Assembly: GCA_951406725.2 (NCBI GenBank) | Contig: OX597821.1 | Span: forward strand, 110,608,001-110,672,000 | From: Octopus vulgaris | Taxonomy: Eukaryota | Length of the DNA: 64,000 nucleotides | Direction: 5' to 3' | In this document: one piece after another, positions 26,461-41,699 of the stretch | Layout: each line of letters begins with the position of its first letter | How positions within the stretch are numbered: position 1 is the stretch's first letter | The notes under the pieces: model-generated | Seen by the model: the letters and a program-made list of their open reading frames with translations, nothing else | The model's database searches: none | Told to the model about the DNA's origin: nothing | Made by a program: the position numbers and the translations under genes

Positions 26461-26806
26461 ACATGCCGCTAAAAATCTTGTCTGACGTACTAATGATTCT
26501 ACTGGATGGCCACCTCTCCTTCAATATATAAGGCCAAGCGACCGATGAAACGAAAGTGGCCGCAGCTGGTAGAAATAACAGCTAAATTTCCCTAAAGCAA
26601 CAATACGCTCTGCAAACTAAGTTTTAGGACTTGGGTGCTAAGCGTAGATCACTATGGCTTCGACACCTGGACAGTACATATTGGATCACGTGCATTTAAT
26701 TGGACCCTCAATCAAGGAATGGTTCTATTCGTTCAAAGCAACCAGCACACATTTCAGTCATTTTATCGCTTATTTTATCGATCTCTGTTTTACTAATCCC
26801 TATATT

Positions 26807-27107
26807 TACAGTTCTATATTTAAGAGATAAGGAATTATGTACATTATTTACATTCGACGGATACTTGCCCTCATCTTGTTTGTTGTTAACACAACGTTTC
26901 GGCTGATATACCCTCCAGCCTTCTTCAGGTGTCTTGGGGAAATTTCAAACCTGGGTTCTCATTTCTAATGTATTTTTCGATGTGATCATCATCGTCATCG
27001 TCATCGTCGTCGTCGTTGTTGTTGTTCAGGTCACTGCTTGGAATCGAATTCGGAATGTTGGGGTTAGTAGCCCGCGCTCTTAACCACTACGCCATATGCT
27101 TACGGGC
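26807..27107 (-). mobile_element. tRNA-headed SINE-like element with hammerhead-bearing PLE-like tail
   Basis: A-box TGGCGTAGTGG (27084-27094), B-box-like AATTCGATTCC (27040-27050), (AAC/GAC)n spacer, then HHR at 26888-26933. Confidence 0.7.
26888..26933 (-). ncRNA. Minimal hammerhead ribozyme variant
   Basis: GACAC-CTGAAGA-A-GGCTG gagggtatat CAGCC-GAAAC GT T-GTGTT: stem I GACAC/GTGTT, palindromic AACGTT stem III. Confidence 0.75.
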
Positions 27108-27305
27108 ATTTCTATTTCTCTACCTATCTATCAATAAATACATATATACACACATACATATATATATATATAATGTATTATGCACGTATATATGGATGCA
27201 TATTATGCATGCATGTATGTATATGTGTGTGTGTGTTTGTGTGTACACATGTAGGTGTGTGAATTGAATGACCACCAATCGTGTTAACTGTGTGGAAGCA
27301 AGTTG

Positions 27306-27395
<90 letters not shown>

Positions 27396-27560
27396 TGTTT
27401 ATGTTTGTTTTCCCACTTACAAAGTTTGAGAACTGGTGTTAGTTTCTTTACTTCCTCATAACCCGGCGGTTCGACAAAAGATACCAATAGAATAAATATC
27501 AGGCTTGAAATAATAGCGATGATGGTGATGATGGTGGTGATGGTGGTGATGGTGGTGATG

Positions 27561-27808
27561 AATTACATAATCAACTTCATTAGCTTACAGCTGTTTCTGC
27601 AATTGAAGCAGTTCAGTCAGAGTTAAGTGTATATTGATCGTCTTCTGCGTGTTTCTGCACTTAACTACTTTCCGAAATAAATACACACATCGTTTTAAGG
27701 ACAGTGAAGTAGCTACAAGATCATGGTCAGGCACTCTATTCTGATTATAGTGATTTTTGGTGCAGAAACAGCCTTGTAAGTAAGCTTGATGAAGTTGATT
27801 GTGTAATT
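27561..27808. mobile_element. Small fold-back element with pLTR-like inverted arms and a degenerate HHR
   Basis: AATTACATAATCAACTTCAT...CAGCTGTTTCTGCA vs TGCAGAAACAGCC...ATGAAGTTGATTGTGTAATT. The minus strand has CTGACTGA..TGC..GCA GAAAC AGCT GTA. Confidence 0.55.
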
Positions 27809-28134
27809 TCTCTCACTTCGTCATTCAATCAATTCCTGTTTCGCTCTCTTCTCGGCAATCACTTTACTCTGAAACGCTAGTGAGTTCTAACAAGTTTATT
27901 AGCACTACTATGCCTAAAAGAAAACATATACACACACACAAACAAACAAACACCCACACAAACACACACACACACCCCACATACACACACACATGCACAT
28001 ACACACACACACACACACACAGCCCCACATTCACACTACACACGCTCAACGGGTTTCGGCACCCGTTCATTTTTCTACCCATCATACCCCATCTTCAAGA
28101 CATTTGTCAATCCTAAACTATAGTGGAAAACAAA

Positions 28135-28750
<616 letters not shown>

Positions 28751-28942
28751 AGACATAGATAAATACTTCCGCAAAGTTAGGCGCAGTGGGATCGATCCAT
28801 AGGATATATCGAATTTACATTTACTCCAATCTATGGACGCAAACATTAGCACATTCCGTTCTTTTGTTATGCTCTGCACAAGGAAAATTTATGGGTATGG
28901 ACAGAGCGTTTCTTAATATAAAGAAAAGTAAGCGTCTGCCTG

Positions 28943-29010
<68 letters not shown>

Positions 29011-29044
29011 CACACACACAAACATACGTATATACATATGTACG

Positions 29045-29078
<34 letters not shown>

Positions 29079-29970
29079 TAAATACGTATATATATATATA
29101 TACACACATATATGTATAGACACACATATATATATATATATATATATACACTTACATACGTATATACATATGCATATATATATATATATATACACATACG
29201 TATATAAATATATATATATATATACATACACACACATACGTTTATACACATATATATCTACATACACACATACGTATATACGCATACACACACACACATA
29301 TATATTTATATATATATATACACGCATACGTATATTCATACATATATTTATATACTCATACGTACATATATATATATATATATGCACACACACATACGTA
29401 AATACATATGTATGTATAAATCTATACACACACATACGTATATACACACATATATATATAGAAATATATATATATATACACATACATACATATATACGTA
29501 TATACATACACACACACATAAATATATATATGTATTTATATATATATATGAGAATGTATGTATGTGTGTATGTATGTATATGTACACATGCATATATATG
29601 AGCGCATAGGAATGTGGATGTCCGGGTATGTGTCTGTATTTGTATTGTTGTGCATATAAATATGCAAACTTGAATTGGCCTTGTTAGTTGGAGTACAATT
29701 CGCTGCTCCTTTTTCCTTTTTAGAGTAATGCGACACGAATTTATGGATCAGGAAAGACAGAAAATTGGTTAAACATACACATAGGCAAACATACAACACA
29801 TACACACACACATATTCATATATATATACATACATAGATGCGTACGTACGTACCTACATACATACCGGCAGACAGACGGACAGAGAGACGGGCAGACAGA
29901 GAGACGGACAGACAGAGAGACAGTCAGACAGGCAGGCATACTGACAGACAGGCATACTGACAGACAGGCT

Positions 29971-30034
<64 letters not shown>

Positions 30035-30081
30035 CATAGACAGACAGATAGAGACGTATAGATAGAGACAGATAGATAGAC

Positions 30082-30126
<45 letters not shown>

Positions 30127-30132
30127 TAGATA

Positions 30133-30169
<37 letters not shown>

Positions 30170-30204
30170 TAGTGTATATATATATATAGATAGTGTATAT
30201 ATAT

Positions 30205-30259
<55 letters not shown>

Positions 30260-30951
30260 CATAGACAGACAGAGAAAGAGAGGGATAAAGAGAGAGAGAG
30301 AAAGAAACAGATAGATAGACAGACAGACAGACAGACTGATAGGTAGAAAGAAAGAAAGATAGAGAGAAATAGAGAGATATAGATACATACATACATACAT
30401 ACATATATAGATGGATGGATACACACAGATACACACACATATATGTGTGTGTTTTCTTCTTCGTTTCAGCCATGTGGCTGCCATCATGTTGGAGCATGTG
30501 TGTATATATAAAGACGCATTGACATTCACACACGCGCGAACAATATATACATATACACACATAGATGTGTGTGTGTGTGTGTGTGTGATTATAGCTGATT
30601 ATATGAGCATTTTTATGTGTATATTTATTTACGGATACACACACACACTCATGACTATAAAAATATACACGTCAAAATACATGTGTGTATATTTGTGTAT
30701 ATATATATATGCACACACACGCATACACATATGTATACGTATAAAATTTTATACGTAAAAAGATATGTCTATATATTAATGTATATTTATACACACGCAC
30801 ACATTTAAATACATTTGAAGATATGTGTAAATATTTGTTTATGTATATGTGTGTGTATGAATGCATGTGTATATATGTGCATATGCAATATGTGTGAGTG
30901 TTTATGTGAGTTATACGTGTATGTTATGTATCTATATGTATGCATGCATAA

Positions 30952-31000
<49 letters not shown>

Positions 31001-32014
31001 GCATGTGTGTATATGTGTTTGTGTGTATGTATGAATGTCTGCATGTGTTTGTGCAGACAGATATAAATACGTTTATCAAATAACTGTGCTTACGTGGGTT
31101 ACGAGACGTATTGTTATTTATCAATATTATTGTTAATATTACTACTACCACCACAACTATTACTACGACCACCACCACCACTACCACCACCACTAGTAAT
31201 GCTAGTATCACAACTAAGCTCTTCCATACAGCATAAATGCGATGGCGAAATAAGACCGCAGCCGGAGAAAACATGGCGTCCATCTTCGCAGACAGAACGG
31301 AACGAGTTAAAGTTTAAACAGCTTTCTACAGAAAGAGAGACACAGACAGAGAGAGTGTGAAAGACAGAGAGAGAAGGGGAGAGGGGAGTGTGAGAAAGTG
31401 AGACAGAAGGCGAGTGAAAGAGAGTGAGAGAGAGAGACAGAGAGAGAGGGAATATGAAGCAAGTCCTTTTAGATCAGTCAACATAGTAGAAATGGTTATT
31501 AAAGGTTGCTGTTGCACGCATGGATGGGTTCACCAGTCGTCACTATATTTTATGCATGATGCATTCGTAATAATCAAACAAGCATGTGTATATAACGTGA
31601 GTATACACATGTATGTATGTAAATACATATATATATACAAACACACACAAATATATATATATATATGTATGTATATATATATATATATTTAAATATATAT
31701 ATATATATGTGTATATATATATATGTGTATATATATATATATATATATACATACACACCCACACATATATGTATATAAATAATCACATACAAATATACAT
31801 GTATATATATATATGTATGTATGTATAAATATATAAATTACATATTTATATACATTTATATAAATGTATGCATATATATGTGTGTGTACATATATTTGTG
31901 TATGTGTATATAAATATATATATATATACACATGTATGTATGTATACATGTATTTTTGTATATATATATTTATATATATATATATATACATGCTTAAAAG
32001 GATTAATGTATATA

Positions 32015-32062
<48 letters not shown>

Positions 32063-32310
32063 AATGCATGTATACATAATAACATACTAACACACACACA
32101 CACAAATGTATGCGATGGATGCAGGTTACTTATATTCAGGGATAAATCTATCAAACGTGTGTTGCTATCAAAATTCGTGCTTATTATGCATTCTGGATAT
32201 AGTGACACTGCCTGCTTATTGTTATCAGTCGCTTATTATTATCTAAAAATGTCCCCTCTCCCACTAAATTAATCATAGTAATTCAATTCCATTTTCTTTC
32301 CGCGATATGA

Positions 32311-32369
<59 letters not shown>

Positions 32370-32518
32370 TGTGTGTGTGTGTATGTGTACACATATATGT
32401 GGAAATGTGTCATGCATATCTTAGATGCAGTCATATATAAAAATTCACAAATCACGATCACTGAGTTCCACAGACAAATATATTCACACACACTACACAC
32501 AAATGTACACACACACAT

Positions 32519-32582
<64 letters not shown>

Positions 32583-32646
32583 ACACGTGAATACAGTCAT
32601 ACATATACGCATACACATATATACATATATATATATACGCATACAC

Positions 32647-32678
<32 letters not shown>

Positions 32679-32875
32679 GAGTGTGTATGTATATATCTAT
32701 ATACATATGTATATGATACATATATGTTCCTGAACACGAGTGTTACGTATATATGCATATAGATACATACATAAATATATTCGGCAAAGAACTATATATA
32801 TAGTCATATATATACATGCACACCTACTTGCATACAAAATCATATATATATATAAATATATATGTGTGTGTGTGT

Positions 32876-32911
<36 letters not shown>

Positions 32912-32948
32912 TATATAAGTATATATATACATATATAAATACACACAC

Positions 32949-33026
<78 letters not shown>

Positions 33027-33539
33027 GTGTGTATATTTATATATATATATATATACATACCAATGCACATATGCAGCATACTCACAAAGTCTTTTCTGAC
33101 TGATTGTGTATGTGTTTCTCTGTCCCTGTATTTCAGTTGTTCGTGTGTGTGTGGTGCGTGCGTGTGTGTGTGTGTGTGTGTGTGCGTGCGTGCGCGTGTG
33201 TGTGTTTCTTTCTTTGTGTCTGTCTTCAAATTGTAGCTTTTGACATTGGTCTTTCAAAATCTGTAAGCGCAGTATAAATTCTATTAGAAAGGCGAAAATC
33301 GATACGTTTTAAAGAGACGATCAGCTAAATAATACTACTGAGAATTGAGTGATGAATATTGTTTATCGATACCATAAAACATATCCGCTCGTATGATTCT
33401 GACGTCAGATCCTACAATTTTCTCTGCCCCTCTACGTATCTCCCCCACCCTACTATTTTTGTTTCTCTCTCTGTCTCTCTCTGTCTCTCTGTCTCTCTGT
33501 CTCTCTCTCTCCATCTACCTCTCTTTATATTCCGTATAT

Positions 33540-33590
<51 letters not shown>

Positions 33591-33629
33591 AGTATTTATA
33601 TACATATATATGCATATATATATATATAT

Positions 33630-35171
33630 ATATATAAAAACTGAGAATGTGTGTCTGTCTGTGTGAATCCCTAAAACTTGAGAACTACACAACCAATTTC
33701 ATTCAAATATAACACATGCCTTACTTAGGGTCCATGTAGTGTCATGGGTAAAAAAATGTTTAACTTCTTGGCATCTTCTTCTCGCTGCTGCTGTCACATG
33801 CCTTTCAGACATCAGATGATGGAGTGTTTCTGCACAGTAGAAGTGACGGGAAACTGTTCAATTTCTCGCGTCTGCGTGTCAAGACCAAAATCAGAAGCGT
33901 CCTGATCAAGGAGGTGCTATTTGCTAATGATGCCGCTCTGGTATCACACACAGAAGAAGCCCTACAAAGGCTCATCGACTGTTTTGAGTAAGCATGTAGC
34001 GACTTTGGCTTAGTTATCAGCATCATGGATCAGGCTACATCGGACATCCCAAACATACATATTGGAGACCACAGACTACAGGAGGTGGAGAAGTTTACCT
34101 ATCTTAGCTCTACCGTCACCTACAACCTATCTCTTGATGCTGAGCTCAATATACGCATTGGCAAGGCAGCTGCTGTGATGGCCCAACTATCCAAACGGGC
34201 ATGGGACAACAATAAGCTGACCAAGACCACAAAAATGAAGATTTACCGGGCATGTGTACTTAGCACTCTACTGTATGGAAGTGAGACTTGGACGCCATAC
34301 ACATGCCAAGAGCGTCGCCTAAATATCTTTCACCTGCGCTGCCTCCGGAAAATCCTTCGCATCAAATGGCAGAATCATGTCCCCAACAGAGATGTCCTCA
34401 AGCAAGCAGGAATACCAAGTATGTTTGCACTCCTCACACAAAGACGTATGAGATGGCTTGGACATGTTAGCCGTATGGAAGATGGCAGAATCCCCAAGGA
34501 CATACTCTACGGAGAGCTTGCTAGGGGCACAAGGTCTGTGGGAAGACCGTTCTTACGATACAAGGATGTTTGCAAAAGGGACATGAATACCTGCAACATC
34601 AATATTAGCGGTTGGGAAGCTGTTGCCAGCAACCGTGGAGATTGGTGACGTACCGTAAAAGAGGGAACACAACGCGTGACATAGAGAGAGAGGAGAAATG
34701 GAAAGACAAGAAAATACATCAACAAGAAAGTATGACATTACGACCAGCCAGGCAAAGTCTTCGCTACATTTGCGGCACCTGCCAGAGGGAATGTTTGTCC
34801 AGGATAGGACTACACAGCCACAGCAGGAGATGTATTAGGACATGAAATGTAAAAGCCGGACTAGATTATTTTATGCGCAACTACATTGTTTCCCGAGACT
34901 AAAAGGATGCCAACAACAATATATATATGGATTTCGTAGACAAATCAATCGTATATATATGTATATATGTAAGTGTATGTGTGTGTCTTTGTCTCTGTGT
35001 TTCGGCCTCATCACTTCTTCACAACTGCTGTTCATTTATTTACATCTACATAACTTACTGGTTTCGCAAGAACAAACTAATAGAATAAGTACTAGGCTTA
35101 TCAACATAAAAAAGCACTAGGCTGTGTCTCATATTTTTGTTTGCTCACTCAGTTGTATCTATCAATTTATC

Positions 35172-35248
<77 letters not shown>

Positions 35249-36540
35249 CTATATCTATATCTATATACATATATATATAACACCCTAATGGGAGCCTTAA
35301 CTCCCAAATTTTAGTCATTTCTTTTATGATCCAAATCTAGGTAAAAAGTACTGCATGGATCTTTATGAAATTTGGAAATTATATTCTATGCATAAGGGCC
35401 ATAACCCCCATGACAATTCATATATTTTTGCTGTTGAGGAAATTTTAACCATAGATATTAGACACAAATGAAGCGATATTTATAAAATTTCATTTTCTTA
35501 CAAGTTATAAACACTCCTCCATGGGGACTTAACACCCACAATTTTGTCATTTTATCAAAGCAAAAACGAATACAGTTGTGCTCTTGGAAGCTGTAGGGTT
35601 ACCCGAGCATAAAAGTTGAGCATTATTTCTAATTCAATGGTACAACAGTGTAACAATTTGCTTTAACATACACTTACATTGTGATTTCTGCAATGTGGTG
35701 CGTAAATTGTCAAGTAAATGAGAGGCATCTTTGCCTCCACTGATTCAGTTGCAAAGTGTTGAGTAAAGTTATTTGATTGCAGACCTCTTTTTATTATCAC
35801 TCGGTCACACATAGTCCCCAGATGGTAACATTGATTTCAAGGCCTTCCCAGATGAGTGACTGGTTATTCAAAGACATTTATAGATTGTAAATTTATTCTG
35901 TCCAGTTGCATATCAGTATAGTGGTCATTTGCAAACACCAACTTTCATTTCTCCTTAGCCCTCACGTCACACAGTTGTTAATGTTTATTTCAGTTGGGTC
36001 ACGCCCTTTCAATTGCTATAGATTCGTAATGCATCTTACGGCAGTGCCTGTCACCTGGATAGTGAGGAATCCTACATTGGGAGGGAAGTGGTAACGACTA
36101 GGGTAGGGTAACTGACTGCTTATTGTGATCATTCGTCTTTTGGTTTTCTGTAGCTTTGCTCTCTTTTACAAACCCAGTGAACATATATTTCCTCTTTCAA
36201 AGAAATTCAAACAATAGATATAAGACCCAAGTTAAAAAGATTCTCAACAATTCAACTTCTCTGGTTGACATTAAGATGCCCACCCCCAACAGGGGCCTTA
36301 ACTCTCACATTTTAGAGCTCCATGACCTTCATTTTTCAGGAGCAAAATCTTTTTAACAGGTTCAATACTACTGCATAAAAATCAGTAGTATGGGATATAT
36401 GTGGCACGATTACAATAACCCTCATTTGCAATTTTGATGAAATTTGAAACATAGATATTCCAGTTCATTAGAGAAAATATAACAGAAAAGTCTAATTCTT
36501 CAATTGTATGTAACACGGGCTACGCCGGGTATCTCTGCTA

Positions 36541-36541
<1 letters not shown>
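33630..36541 (+). mobile_element. Probable non-autonomous Helitron-like element hosting nested RTE and SINE insertions
   Basis: 5' TATATAAAAACTGAGAATGTGTGTCTGTCTG, 3' GC-rich hairpin-like ACGGGCTACGCCGGGT then CTAG(T), internal GGGGNCTTAAC..C repeats. That both ends belong to one element is inference. Confidence 0.4.
33769..34919 (+). mobile_element. 5'-truncated RTE-clade LINE (RT C-terminus)
   Basis: GIFFSLLL.HAF, DGKLFN..RL..KTK, LFANDAAL (YADD-like), FTYLSS, RIGKA, YRACVLSTLLYGSETW, RWLGHVSRMEDGRIPKDILYGEL, C-terminal CxxC..C..RIGL.SH, and (CAA)n tail. Confidence 0.92.
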
Positions 36542-36607
<66 letters not shown>

Positions 36608-36610
<3 letters not shown>

Positions 36611-36916
36611 TAGGGTCATTCAACCCTATTATCAACCCTATTATCTCCCCTTATTTCGCTCTCGCGTCTCATGTTTGATCTTTGACCTCTGGCCGAAATC
36701 AGATCGCCATGTTGATTCGTTAGTTACTGCACGCATTTTTTTTCTCTCCTTCTTTCTGTGTTTTTTTTCTCTGTGTGTATCTTTCTGTTGAAGAGCGTAG
36801 GCTCGAAACGTTAAAGACTTGTTTTATTTATATTTCCTGAGCGCCATACTAATACAATTGTTTGTTTGTTTTCCACCTGCCTTCGTCTTTTGTCTATTTT
36901 CATAAAGCTTCCCGTT
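36608..36916 (+). mobile_element. Solo pLTR of the 15470-19348 PLE family, with HHR variant at 36780-36817
   Basis: High similarity to 19075-19348. Inserted in (TA)n. Confidence 0.85.
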
Positions 36917-37018
36917 ATATATATATAAATATGCTTATATCTATATAATGCATACACGTATGTTTATATGATATACATTTATATACAAACATATAAGTAT
37001 GTGTGTGTGTATATGTCA

Positions 37019-37057
<39 letters not shown>

Positions 37058-37158
37058 TGCGTGTGTCTGTGTATGTGTGTACGTATTCATATATACATAT
37101 ATATATATACATACACATATATACATATATTAAATCATATATATACATATATTAATGG

Positions 37159-37227
<69 letters not shown>

Positions 37228-37288
37228 TATATATATATATATATATAATCATATATATACATATATTAATGGATATATATATATATAT

Positions 37289-37337
<49 letters not shown>

Positions 37338-37339
<2 letters not shown>

Positions 37340-37501
37340 CGTAGGAGTGGCTGTGTGGTAAGTAGCTTGCTTACCAACCACATGGTTCCGGGTATCAGTC
37401 CCACTGCGTGGTATCTTGGGCAAGTGTCTTCTGCTATAGCCCCGGGCCGACCAATGCCTTGTGAGTGGATTTGGTAGACGGAAACTGAAAGAAGCCTGTC
37501 G

Positions 37502-37538
<37 letters not shown>

Positions 37539-37775
37539 CTGTGTGTGTGTGTGTGTGTGTTTGTGAGTCGGTGTTTGTCCCCCTAGCATTGATTGACAAC
37601 CGATGCTGGTGTGTTTATGTCCCCGTTACTTAGCGGTTCGGCAAAAGAGACCGATAGAATAAGTACTGGGCTTACAAAGAATAAGTCCCGGGGTCGATTT
37701 GCTCGACTAAAGGTGGTGCTCCAGCATGGCCGTAGTCAAATGACTGAAACAAGTAAATGAGTAAGAGTAAAGAGT
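37338..37775 (+). mobile_element. Full-length SINE family B
   Basis: tRNA-like head, CTTGGGCAAGTG core, internal (TA)(TG)n and GAAACAAGTAAA tail. Confidence 0.88.
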
Positions 37776-38551
37776 ATACATACATACATACATACATACA
37801 TACATACATACATACATACATACATGCATACATACATACATACATACATACATACATACATACATACATACATACATACATACATGCATACATACATACA
37901 TAACTATGTTCATATACACGACGCGCGTATCTATGTAAGTAGCATTTGGCGGACAGGCGTTAATCCATAACGGCCGTTTCCAAATAATTTTTTAATTGAT
38001 CAATGGATACACTTTATCTTTATAAAAAAAAACTGTTTCCTTCAGCTGAATACTTGAATCTTACAATCAAGGATATTCAGTGATACTACGACTAGCTCAG
38101 TCGCAGTATGCATGTATGTATCTTATTCAATTTTATTTTCACATACGACGAATCTGGTAATTCTAAGGGGAATTTTTAGAGGCTTTCTGTGTCTCTGAAC
38201 CATCTCCTACTGAAGGTCGGATAATAAAATTTCACAAGTTCAGCCTAACATGAGGAACGAAATAAACAGCCAATCGATCCAATACCACTCATAGCAAGAA
38301 CGTAGAATCTTATTAAAAAGCAAGCGGAATGAAACTGCCAGTGTCTACTAAATTCAAACAAAGCAGATGGATGTGTTAGCATCGAAGTCGAAGGTTTTGT
38401 AAACAACGGGGACAGCAATTGCATATCGCCTGACGAAATACAACTGGATCATTGCATAATCAAATACCTGGAGAACTATGTTGTATGGAAGCATATGCAG
38501 TGTTTAAAAAATAACTATCCAGCCGTACTCCTTTTTGTTGACTCTCTGATT

Positions 38552-38646
<95 letters not shown>

Positions 38647-38929
38647 ATAGCTGACCCCGTGCCGTCAAACATGACGGCTAATTGTAGTATTTTATTTACA
38701 AATATGGATGGTAAATCAAATTAATACACTTGTCAGTGTTATCTAATGGTTTTCTTTTGAGATGTGACATTGATCATCGTTTGTTACTGAAAGAATGCTG
38801 GTTCACACATACACACATGTACTCACACAGAGTTGAAACGGCGTTTGATTTTTTTTTTCCTTTCAGCGTTGAATGTTCACCATTCCACTTCCATTGCACA
38901 CATACACGTATATAAATACGTATATTGCA

Positions 38930-39260
38930 GAAGCAAGAGCAGGCTGACTAAGTGCCACATCGATGCAAAGATCTGGAAAAAGTTAGCTGAGGACGGAACA
39001 GCATGGGAAAGCTCTGTGAGCAAAAGAGTCAAACAGCTCCAGGAAGAAAACATCCTAACCCTCGAAGCAAAACGCCAAAGAAATAAAGACAACCTACCAC
39101 AGTACTGCAGCACCTTCTTCACTTGCGGTTTTTCTAGCAGAACTTGCTCATCAAACATAGGAAGGATCAGCCATGAGAAAAGCATCAGGAAGAAGAATAT
39201 GTTTACTGGCGACATCCTCCGCTCCCTAGACCGTCTGTTAAGATGTAAAGCGCCGAATAA
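38930..39260 (+). mobile_element. RTE LINE 3'-end fragment
   Basis: IDAKIWKKLAEDGTAW.....KRQRNK...FTC...RTCSSNIGRISHEK, parallel to the C-terminus of the RTE at about 34600-34840. Confidence 0.7.
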
Positions 39261-39678
39261 TATATATGTATATGTATGTATATATGCGTGTGCATGTGTG
39301 TGTGTGTGCGCGTGCGTGCGTGTAGTAAAATCAATCAAGAGATTACAGTTAATTTACTCTGACGAGGGGATATCCTAAAGTCTATGGTAGAATCCTTCTT
39401 CAAGAAAATGTTGACAGGTGTGAAATAAGTAATCGCTGCATTTTTGCACCTAATAAAAGGATTTCTCATAACTATTACCGCAGTCTACAGCGTTCTCAGC
39501 AATACGTCCACGTTAAGTTGGATGTGCAAATTAATATTCGTTACAAGGACTGCTTTCGTTGCTTATGGAAAATTTATACACAGCTCCACCAGCTTTTTGC
39601 GATATCTCTGGCTGTTTAGCCAATGTTAAACTACATCGGTTTGATGTATTTTCAGTCTGGCGTTCGGTGCTTTGAGGC

Positions 39679-39726
39679 CTGCTGCTGATGACGCACAGCG
39701 CACACTGAAATCATGTGATACAGCAG
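39679..39726 (+). ncRNA. Type I hammerhead ribozyme motif
   Basis: Stem I CTGCTG/CAGCAG, CTGATGA at 39685-39691, GAAA at 39707-39710, quasi-palindromic ATCATGTGAT, AUA site. Stem II is irregular. Confidence 0.65.
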
Positions 39727-39870
39727 TTCCGTCCGCCGACGCTGACGAAATGTCGGGTGCCGATATAATCTGTTTTATAACGTTTATGTAACGATCATAC
39801 GACATGATTTCTCAGGATGATTACCACAGTCTACGACGTTTTTAACATCACGTCCCAGTTGTGAATATTA

Positions 39871-39934
<64 letters not shown>

Positions 39935-40739
39935 GTTTTATTTCACCAAGTCCTATATTACCATAGATCTTTTCGTAACCAGTTCCGTCAAGACAAGACT
40001 TAAGTATTGCATTTACATATATTTTTCTAATGTTTGAAATGTTTCTCGGAACTCATAAAGCCATACTATGCATTATCTCATATCCTAAAGAGTTCTCTTG
40101 TGAGAGAAGTATTGTATACTTCAGATACAAAACGGGTGAGAATGAATTACGACGCCTAAAGCATAGAACTAAATAATGTTTAATAACATTACAGATAAAA
40201 ACCAAGCTTTCTATAGAAGTAGTATTTAAAGAGAAGATTTAGATAATTCAATTTTCATGTTGGATTTCTAAGAAAGACGAAAGCAAAAACGAAGATGTCC
40301 GCCAAGTATAAATTATCTTTCGTTCCAATAATTGTTGACACGGTGAAATGTCGAGACTGATGTGTCGAAAGAAATATACAGCGGAAAGTTGTGTGGAGGA
40401 GGACAGGCAAGTAGAAATAGCTGGAGAGAGAGAGCGAGAGATTGAGAGAGAGAGAGAGAGCGAGAGATTGAGAGAGATAGAGGGAGAGAGAGAAGGCAGG
40501 CAGACAGGCGGATAAAGAACTGTCACAAGATAAAATTTCTCGATTGAAGAAATATGCGTCTATTAGAGAGAGAAGAGAGAAATATAAAACAATTTTTTTT
40601 AGTTTATCCTACATTGATATGGGGAAAAAAATCCACAACCGTCCGCCCAATAAACTACTATTGTTCCTAAAAGTTGAATTTTATATTTTCTACGGATTGC
40701 TTGTGGCTCACTTTTTACTCCTCGATTCTTAGATCTTAC

Positions 40740-40964
40740 ATTTATATATCAACATTCGGCATGATTGATCGCTAGCCACTAAACCTTTTATTTCCCCTTT
40801 TTATTTGTCTCATTCTGCTTATTCTGCTTATTTCTGTGTTTCTTTCTGTTGAAGAGCGTAGGCTCGAAACGTAAAACACTTTCTCACTTCCCGAGCGTTA
40901 AACTAATACATCTGTTTGTTGTTTACACACCGGTCTTTGCCTTTCGTTTTGTTTCTTGTAAATT

Positions 40965-40967
<3 letters not shown>
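40740..40967 (+). mobile_element. Solo PLE pLTR (related subfamily) with HHR variant at 40841-40878
   Basis: TCTTTCTGTTGAAGAGCGTAGGCTCGAAACGTAAAA followed by a pLTR-like tail and (TA)n. Confidence 0.7.
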
Positions 40968-41001
<34 letters not shown>

Positions 41002-41181
41002 TATATACATATATATATACATATATATATATATGTATATATATATATGCATCATATATATATGTATATATATATGTATATATATATATATACATACATA
41101 TATATATATACAAATAAAAGAATAAAAGAATATATACATACATATACACATACGCACAGACACACACACACACACACACAT

Positions 41182-41213
<32 letters not shown>

Positions 41214-41532
41214 CTTAAATAAATGTAATGTTAGCATACGCAATATTAATGTTTATTTACAAATATAGCTGGCAAAAATTAATATTCAGAGTAGAATTGA
41301 CTATTTTATGAGAGTTTACGCATCAAAGAAAAAAAAACACCATTTTGAAATATATGGTTAGAACTTGAAAAAATTTTGAACGACTCTTAATGAAAGCTTT
41401 AAGATGTCTAAGCAAAGAAAACAGAGCAAACAAGGGCAATGATTGGTGGAAATATAATAAGTATATATACATCTACACAATATTTTTCTCTTTCGCTCTC
41501 TCTCTCTCTCTCTTCCTACTGCTCTCTATCTT

Positions 41533-41584
<52 letters not shown>

Positions 41585-41658
41585 GCTACATACATAAGTA
41601 TGTATGTATATATATATATATATATACACTCATACATGTTTATATGTATATGTGTATA

Positions 41659-41699
<41 letters not shown>

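Noticed and set aside
27030-27107. Functional tRNA gene
   Set aside because: No proper acceptor stem and a degenerate B-box. Treated as a SINE head, as are the other tRNA-like heads.
28786-33257. Many long YI/HT/CV-rich ORFs
   Set aside because: Dinucleotide and tetranucleotide repeats lacking stop codons.
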